Below are positions 61,507 to 64,000 of a DNA stretch of 64,000 nucleotides, piece by piece. Each line of letters starts with the position of its first letter. Position 1 is the first letter of the stretch. The notes below the pieces were generated by a model, which was not told the DNA's origin, ran no database searches, and saw nothing but the letters and a program-made list of their open reading frames with translations. The DNA is from Epithemia pelagica (Eukaryota > Protista > Bacillariophyta). The position numbers and the translations under genes are program-made. The stretch spans positions 3,720,001-3,784,000 of the forward strand of contig OX337234.1 in the NCBI GenBank assembly GCA_946965045.2, read 5' to 3'.

Positions 61507-64000
61507 GACTATTGCTGGTCTTGTCGCTATCGTTTGGAAATGCCCGACCCGCTTCTTTGCTCTCTCGTGGCAACACACAACACCTTGCGTTACGCACGAT
61601 GTGTTGTTCAAGGGGCACAGTAAAATCAAGAGGATCGAAAGGTTCGGATGGGCTCGCTTGGGATCAAACGAAGCCGCACTTCTCTGCCGCTGTTTGCATC
61701 CTTCATAAAGTTAGCGCACGACGGTGCTCCTATTCTGGGGGACTTACCGTTAAGCGTCAAAATCACTTTGAGTATGGACTATTATTTTAGCTCCTAGGTT
61801 GACTTTGAACGGATAACGTTAAGTTATGGTCTCAACGGATTGGGGCAATTCACATCAAGATGGAACCCTCGGTATCAGTGTCCACTGCTTAGCTGTTTTT
61901 TGTCTGTGCCACCTTCACAGGTTCCCAAGTGGACACAGCCAGCATTTTATGTTTTTCGTCTGTCTGTCTACCCAATAAAATTCCTCAGGGTTGGAGCAAG
62001 GCCAGCGTGCATGTGTTGGTGGTTGTCCTCTGGTCACCACGATTCAAATTTTGTGGGCAACCCTCCCGTCCTCGTCTGTCACAAAACACCAAAAACCGAG
62101 CCAAATGCTTGACCATGACGTGAGGTGAGAACAATGGATGCAACATGCTGGGCTGAACCTGAACTGCTTCTCACTTCTCACTACTGTGGCTTATTTCTAA
62201 TCTTCTTGTTTCTTTTTCTTTCTTCTCACTCATCACTGCTGCAATCTTTCCTCTTGTTCATGCATGATCCTTTGGCTTGTCTCTTGTTGAACGAGTAGAC
62301 AAGGAACAAGCCGCTTGATGTCAACTGGAGTATCTTACCCGTCTCATTTGTTGATGTAGGAATAATTGTTTTGTTGTTTGATTGTTGGTTGGTTGCTTTC
62401 ATGTCTTCTGTAGGATAGATGATTCACTATCGTCATAGGTCGTAGCATCATCTCATTTCTCAATGACCGAACACTTTGTTGTTTTTGCTTCAAATAGATG
62501 GGAAGCCCTCTTGCTCTTGCCACACCCTACTTTCCATGTCTATCAGTTCATAGAGTCAAAAGTTGTAGCTGTAGCGTGTGAGAGCTGCTTGTGTTCATGG
62601 TGAAACTGAGAGTCATTGCCATGCTCAAAACAGAAAAGAGATCTGCAACGAATTCAGAATGCACTGAACTCTACGAATGAATAGCACTTGAGTTCTATTT
62701 CTACTCCTAGAATATAAAGAAAACAATGTCTGCAGTCTGTTTATGAATCGAATGAAAGTTATAGAAAATCCGTCATTTCAACATGTAGAATGGCACGTAA
62801 TGAGCTACCCAGAGACACAACAGATGATCGCCTCTCTTCCCATGAGCAGAGCAAACAAAAGTGACAAGTGTCAGTGATCAGTGAGCATGAGCTATGTAAT
62901 TGTCATGGCAATTGGCAACGGATCACACTCACCTGGAATGCCATTCGTACGATGTGCTTCGGCAACAAGAGAAAAGAGAATTGTGTGCTTGTCATTATGA
63001 ATTATGGAGCAACCAGCAGTTATCCACGCACGGCCGCTTGCTGGGCATGCGTCTGTTTCAAACTGTGAAAACTCCAGCTGGGTATGCGTGCCAATTTGCC
63101 ATTTGATCATTTCTATTTGTCTCAAAAGCAAAAAATGATGTCTGTGTCCACCTGGGAACCTAAAATGATGGCACAGACAAAAAACAGCTAAGCAGTGGAC
63201 ACTGATACCGAGGGATTGAAATTCGAAATTCGTTGTCTCATGTTTGTTTTTTTCCCAATCGGGAAGGGCGCACCACAAAAAAAACACGGCGAGATATAAG
63301 GGTGATATGAAGAGCAAGCAGAGAAAGGAAACAACAATAACAACGACAACACACCAGGTACAGGCACCACTCTCCGTCACTTTCGGCGTAAAAGGCGCTC
63401 AGCGAGATACCAAGTGGGGAATTGAAATTGTCTTCTTCTTGCAATTTACGATACGATCAGGATCTAACCAACGAAGAACGAACAGGCAGCATTGACGAAG
63501 AACGCAGTCTTTGCTGCCAGTTTCCAGCACCATTGTATCTGGAGTGAGCGCATAAACGCTTGATGCGAGTTTCTTGAAACCGAGGTGGGCACTCAACATT
63601 TACGGCCCGCCCGGCTCGCTGGTGTTTTTGTATTTTGTATTGCCCAATGTCTGATAAAAACTTATGATATACATGATGTATAGAAAATTAATAAGCCCTA
63701 AATTTTTGCTAGATTATAATAATATTATACAGCTCCCCCACATCCGCGACTCGAAAAGATTTGTGCCTTTCGCAAATGCTATGGAGCGCTACCCCCCTGT
63801 TTGCTGGAGAGATAAATACTCCAGTAGAAGGCATCTGAAATCAAGGTGGTACGGCATGGACAAACAGAACCACGAACAGTTGCTCTCGTTAATATATTCC
63901 GTTGGTGCGACGAGGAAATCATGGCCAAGTCGTCCCGTCTCTCAACAGATAGGCATCCATTCGGTCCATAAAACAACCGTCTTGATCATCCTGGTCAGGC

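Noticed and set aside
61900-63600. Fragmentary reading frames with Cys motifs (e.g. KCWLC), a possible decayed transposon
   Set aside because: Multiple stops and no diagnostic catalytic motif; needs a profile search.
63650-63745. GGGGGAG followed by TGTATAAT on the minus strand, resembling a PPT plus LTR start
   Set aside because: No pol motifs in the adjacent 250 bp and no second LTR in the window; cannot be supported.
1-64000. tRNA, rRNA or telomeric repeats
   Set aside because: None recognised; the only tRNA-like stretches are the 12-15-nt primer-binding sites.

Overview
Eukaryotic nuclear DNA, most likely a pennate diatom (diatom-type Copia lineages, GT-AG introns, a plastid-targeting-like 'VQAF' presequence, Q/T/N-rich low-complexity proteins). 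About half the window is mobile DNA. (1) A partial Ty1/copia element at 1-~5 kb. (2) A complete nested pair of Copia elements on the minus strand. The outer one (14191-28884; 469-bp LTRs, ACCCTG target duplication) splits a host CRAL-TRIO-like/bZIP gene in frame. The inner one (17862-26245; 783-bp LTRs, CTTCA target duplication) is intact, has a chromodomain-like integrase tail and carries an extra upstream ORF. (3) A 5.45-kb PIF/Harbinger-ISL2EU-type DNA transposon (40651-46101; TIRs, TAG duplication). (4) The 5' half of an APE-type LINE, sandwiched between two copies of a 1.34-kb segment. Host genes include an ankyrin/UBA protein, a thioredoxin, methionyl-tRNA formyltransferase, a cluster of secreted Cys-repeat proteins and a decayed AAA/STAND-type ATPase. 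The most unusual signals are: a UGA-CAACCA (CARYYA) plus hairpin readthrough junction between gag and pol in the outer Copia; primer-binding sites that match internal tRNA segments rather than tRNA 3' ends; and a Harbinger-type element carrying two alpha-crystallin-like accessory ORFs plus a 314-nt pre-miRNA-like fold-back. No searches or folding programs were run; all family calls rest on motifs read by eye.
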